From: Marsupella aquatica | Taxonomy: Eukaryota > Plantae > Marchantiophyta | Reading direction: 5' to 3' | Length of the DNA: 64,000 nt | Assembly (NCBI GenBank): GCA_973895155.1 | Contig: OZ316896.1 | Span: forward strand, 22,215,722-22,279,721 | Part shown: positions 60,869 to 64,000 of the stretch, one piece after another | Layout of the letters: each line of letters opens with the position of its first letter | Position numbering within the stretch: position 1 is the stretch's first letter | The notes under the pieces: generated by a model | Told to the model about the DNA's origin: nothing | What the model saw: only the letters and a program-made list of their open reading frames with translations | Databases searched by the model: none | Program-made: the position numbers and the translations under genes

Positions 60869-63800
60869 TGTCAGGGAATGCCAATGCACAATAATCAATT
60901 ACTTTATGTACCATATATGTATACTAGTATCCATGCATACCAAACCCAATGCATAGAAATAGTACTCTCCATGCCTAGACATTATACCATGATAATCTAT
61001 GTCCTAGGAGGAGTTTAATTGATTACAAATATTACATAATTGTTAGGCTCCACCTGTAGACTCCACCTGTTGACTGGACCAACCGATCACCCGACACACT
61101 TATATGTATCATGACATTCCACATTCTATATACGGTGATTATCATTTCTCCATCACACGTTATCAGCACTTTGTCTCACCAGTGGAGCGGAGATAAGAAA
61201 ACAGATATGGCAGATTGACCCCTCGAGATAAGGATAGATTTGCCGAGGAGATCATAAGGACCTCGAGAGCAATTTCGGAAAATTGAAAAAGACAAACAGA
61301 ATCGAGAAGAGAAGGAGTGAATAGGGATCCGTTCTGAAAACAAGAAGAGAAATTCAGAACTGACGAGGCAAGCAAGGAATTGAGATAGGAAGAGACTTAA
61401 AGGGAGAATTGATAACTAAGGATCGAAGGCGATCAAGTTTGAGTCACCAGACAGAGCAATTCTCCTGCGCTGCGCAATTATGAAGAGCGAACAGTAAAGC
61501 AGGAGGTCAATGAGAATGGAAAACAAATTCAGGCAGAACAATCGAGAAAGGACTCCGAAGGCGCCTAATGCCAAATCGAAGATCAGAGAAGTGACCAGAA
61601 AGGAGGCGCCGAGAATCGATAGAGTAAAGATGGAGAGAAGGTCTTGCTGCGACAGTGCACGATAGATGTTGCCTGAAGGATAACACAGCAGCAGCAAAGC
61701 GACCAGAAGAAAAGGACAACATTGATCTACCTTACATCTACTCTCAAAGAAAGCTAGTAAGCACAGAAGCTATTGAAAAGCAAAGAAGGAATTTCGAAAA
61801 GAGAGATTGACAAGGTGATTAGAAAGCTATACCCAAGGTGATTGCAAGCGGCGCAACCCAAGGTGATCCTTGATGACATTGAAGTCACATTCATTGAGGA
61901 AACACCGAGACAAGCAGCCGACAGACAACACTAAGTGACATAACCGCCAATCCATCTCTAAGTGCAACTTATTTCCAAAGGAACTCAAAATAACAAAGGA
62001 AGACTCGCACTTAACCATAACTGCAACCCTAAGTGCACAACTGGATAACTGCATCACCAATACAAAGGAATCCTAAAATACACGATATAATGTGCAGTTA
62101 TACATTTACAAAGGAAACGTAACCAGAAGTGCAAAACCCTAAAAAAAGAGTCATTTTTGCTTACCCCTAATCACAAAAGGCCTTGCAACTTTTGGGCATA
62201 ACCTCAACCATCCATTTGCTACCTACTTACTAAGAACCTGCAATAAATCTGTCATAAATGTGCTCCTTCAATTCCTATTACCTATGGCTATTACTACATA
62301 AGCCCTAATTACCATCCAAAAGAAGCTTAGTACACTAGTGCCATAGTAACCCTAGATGGCCAACCTGGAGAAATTGACTTTCTCAGCTTTAGAAATCGAC
62401 GGGAACAATTACCTCGAGTGGTCCATGAACCTCAAGGAGAACCTGACCTCTTTAACCCTTCTCCCAACTATAGGGATAGCCCAACCCATACTAGCAGCGA
62501 ACCCCAACCAGACCCGTTAACCAAGGCCAATGAATCAAAGGCCCTAGTATTTCTTCGATGCCATATCTATAGGTTCTTGTAGAGACAGTACATGCACCTC
62601 TCCACCCCTCGCGAGCTATGGACAACGCTTAAGACCCGATTCGACCACCAGACATTGGTCGAACTACCCAGAGCACGCCAAGAATGGCTAAACTTACAGG
62701 TCCAGGACTTTACATCCATCTCAACCTACAATAGTGAGCTATTTAGAATCACCTCAACCCTTGCACTCTATGGCGAGCCAGTCGTAGACAAGGACTTGCT
62801 AGAAAAAACCTTGTCCACGTTCCACTTTTCGAACGTGCTACTATCAACCCAGTACCGGAACATGAAGTTTGGACAATACTCAGAGCTCATCGCCACCTCC
62901 TAGTAACAGAAAGGAACCAAGAACTTCTTTTAGTTAGCTCTAGGAAACGTCCTGCGGGCACGCTAACCCCAGGACCACAGAGAGAAACCCATCACATAGA
63001 CAACGCTGGACCCTCCACATCAAGGCAGGGTACCAAGGCGGCAAGAATGGTAATAGGAGAAACACCCTCAATAGGGGAAGTTTCTTCAACCAACGCCCGC
63101 AGCGCGAGCACTTAGACGGGCCTTCAGAGGTCTCCCAAATGGGCGCCCACAACAACAGAGTTCCCACAACAACTTCATACGTACGCAGTCGAGGACGCGG
63201 ACGCGGTGGAAGGAGATACCAGAACGACTGCCGAAGCGATCGGCCTCAATCTTGACCACAACGAGAACGACCAAGATGCCATGAATGTGGCATGACCAAC
63301 CATCTGGCCTACAACTGTAGGATTCCACAGTATCTTAGAGACCTATACTAACAGTCTCTAAAGGATGGCCAAACCTCTAGGCCACCACGTACCCCGTGAG
63401 ACCCACGGGGCGTTTATGGAATCCAGAGACTTATTTCAAGATTTTGCAGACACACATGTGCAACCTGAGGCACCCTAAACCCTAAACCCCAGACCTAAAT
63501 AGCCCCAACACATGCATTATTGATAGCGCGACTACTCATACTATCCTTCGGGATAGAACTCTTTTCCACAAGATCACACCTTCAAGTAGATCACTGACCA
63601 CTATCAATGGTCCTAGACAGATAGAAGAGGGCTTCAGCCCAGCTTCTATTAGACTTCCGCAGGGTACAAAAATCCAGATAGAATTAGCTATCTTCGCCCC
63701 GAATGCAACCCGTAATCTCCTAAGTTTTAGGGATATACGAGCAAATGGACTCCATGTCCAGAAAGGCAATACAAAAGACCAGGAAGTAATCCATTTGGTT

Positions 63801-64000
63801 GAAAATACCCCTATGGGGAAAATCATTAAAGAGACTCTTTTCTCTACCCATGCGGGTTTTACGTAACTCAAATTGAATGTTTGCATAACAATGCACAACC
63901 AAGCGAATTGCCCGCGCTTGGCATGCACGCCTTGGCCACCCCGGTCAATCCATGCTAAGCAAAATTATTAAGAATTCACGAGGCATTCCAACCAACATAC
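60869..64000 (+). mobile_element. Ty1/copia LTR retrotransposon, Bianca-like lineage, degenerate; 5' LTR ~60869-61157, PBS 61158-61169, gag-pol from 62356, runs off the window
   Basis: TG...CA-bounded ~290-bp LTR candidate (left end uncertain) with a TATA-like motif at ~61126, followed by CGTTATCAGCAC. Coding motifs are listed in the next feature. Confidence 0.88.
62356..64000 (+). pseudogene. Disrupted copia gag-protease-(pre-integrase) polyprotein
   Basis: MANLEKLTFSALEIDGNNYLEW (Bianca-type gag start), ELWTTLKTRFDHQ...LPRARQEWLNLQVQDFTSISTYNSELFRITS, LLEKTLSTFH, zinc knuckle CHECGMTNHLAYNC (~63278), protease CIIDSATTHTIL (~63513), RNLLSFRDIRANG, WHARLGHPG (~63919). Several stops and frameshifts. 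Confidence 0.9.

Overview
Eukaryotic, intron-rich land-plant DNA (GT-AG introns, SAUR and DUF579 genes, plant LINE, Bianca-type copia; a bryophyte such as a liverwort is my guess, by inference only). Left to right: a DUF579/GXM-type pseudogene (1-1079); a 3-exon orphan gene for a Cys-rich, probably secreted protein (2159-3063); a 13-exon serine carboxypeptidase S28/EDA2-like gene (6805-12901); a ~38-exon, ~3,000-aa gene (16871-34355); a 5'-truncated LINE with a 15-bp TSD, carrying a nested 297-bp MITE (36928-41808); degenerate repeats; a tRNA-derived SINE with a 16-bp TSD (50717-51042); a SAUR gene with an internal 102-bp duplication (55819-56451); a possible F-box/kelch-type relic; and the 5' part of a decayed Bianca-lineage Ty1/copia element (60869-end). 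The standout is the large gene. It is a divergent RME-8/DNAJC13/GRV2 paralogue that keeps the PH-like N-terminus and four IWN-type repeats but has lost the DnaJ domain. It has gained a C-terminal SEA-like module, a nine-tract polyproline region and a tail resembling the WH2-C part of WASH/WASP nucleation-promoting factors, so it is a candidate single-chain endosome-to-actin adaptor. All homology calls are by eye from remembered family motifs; no database searches were run.
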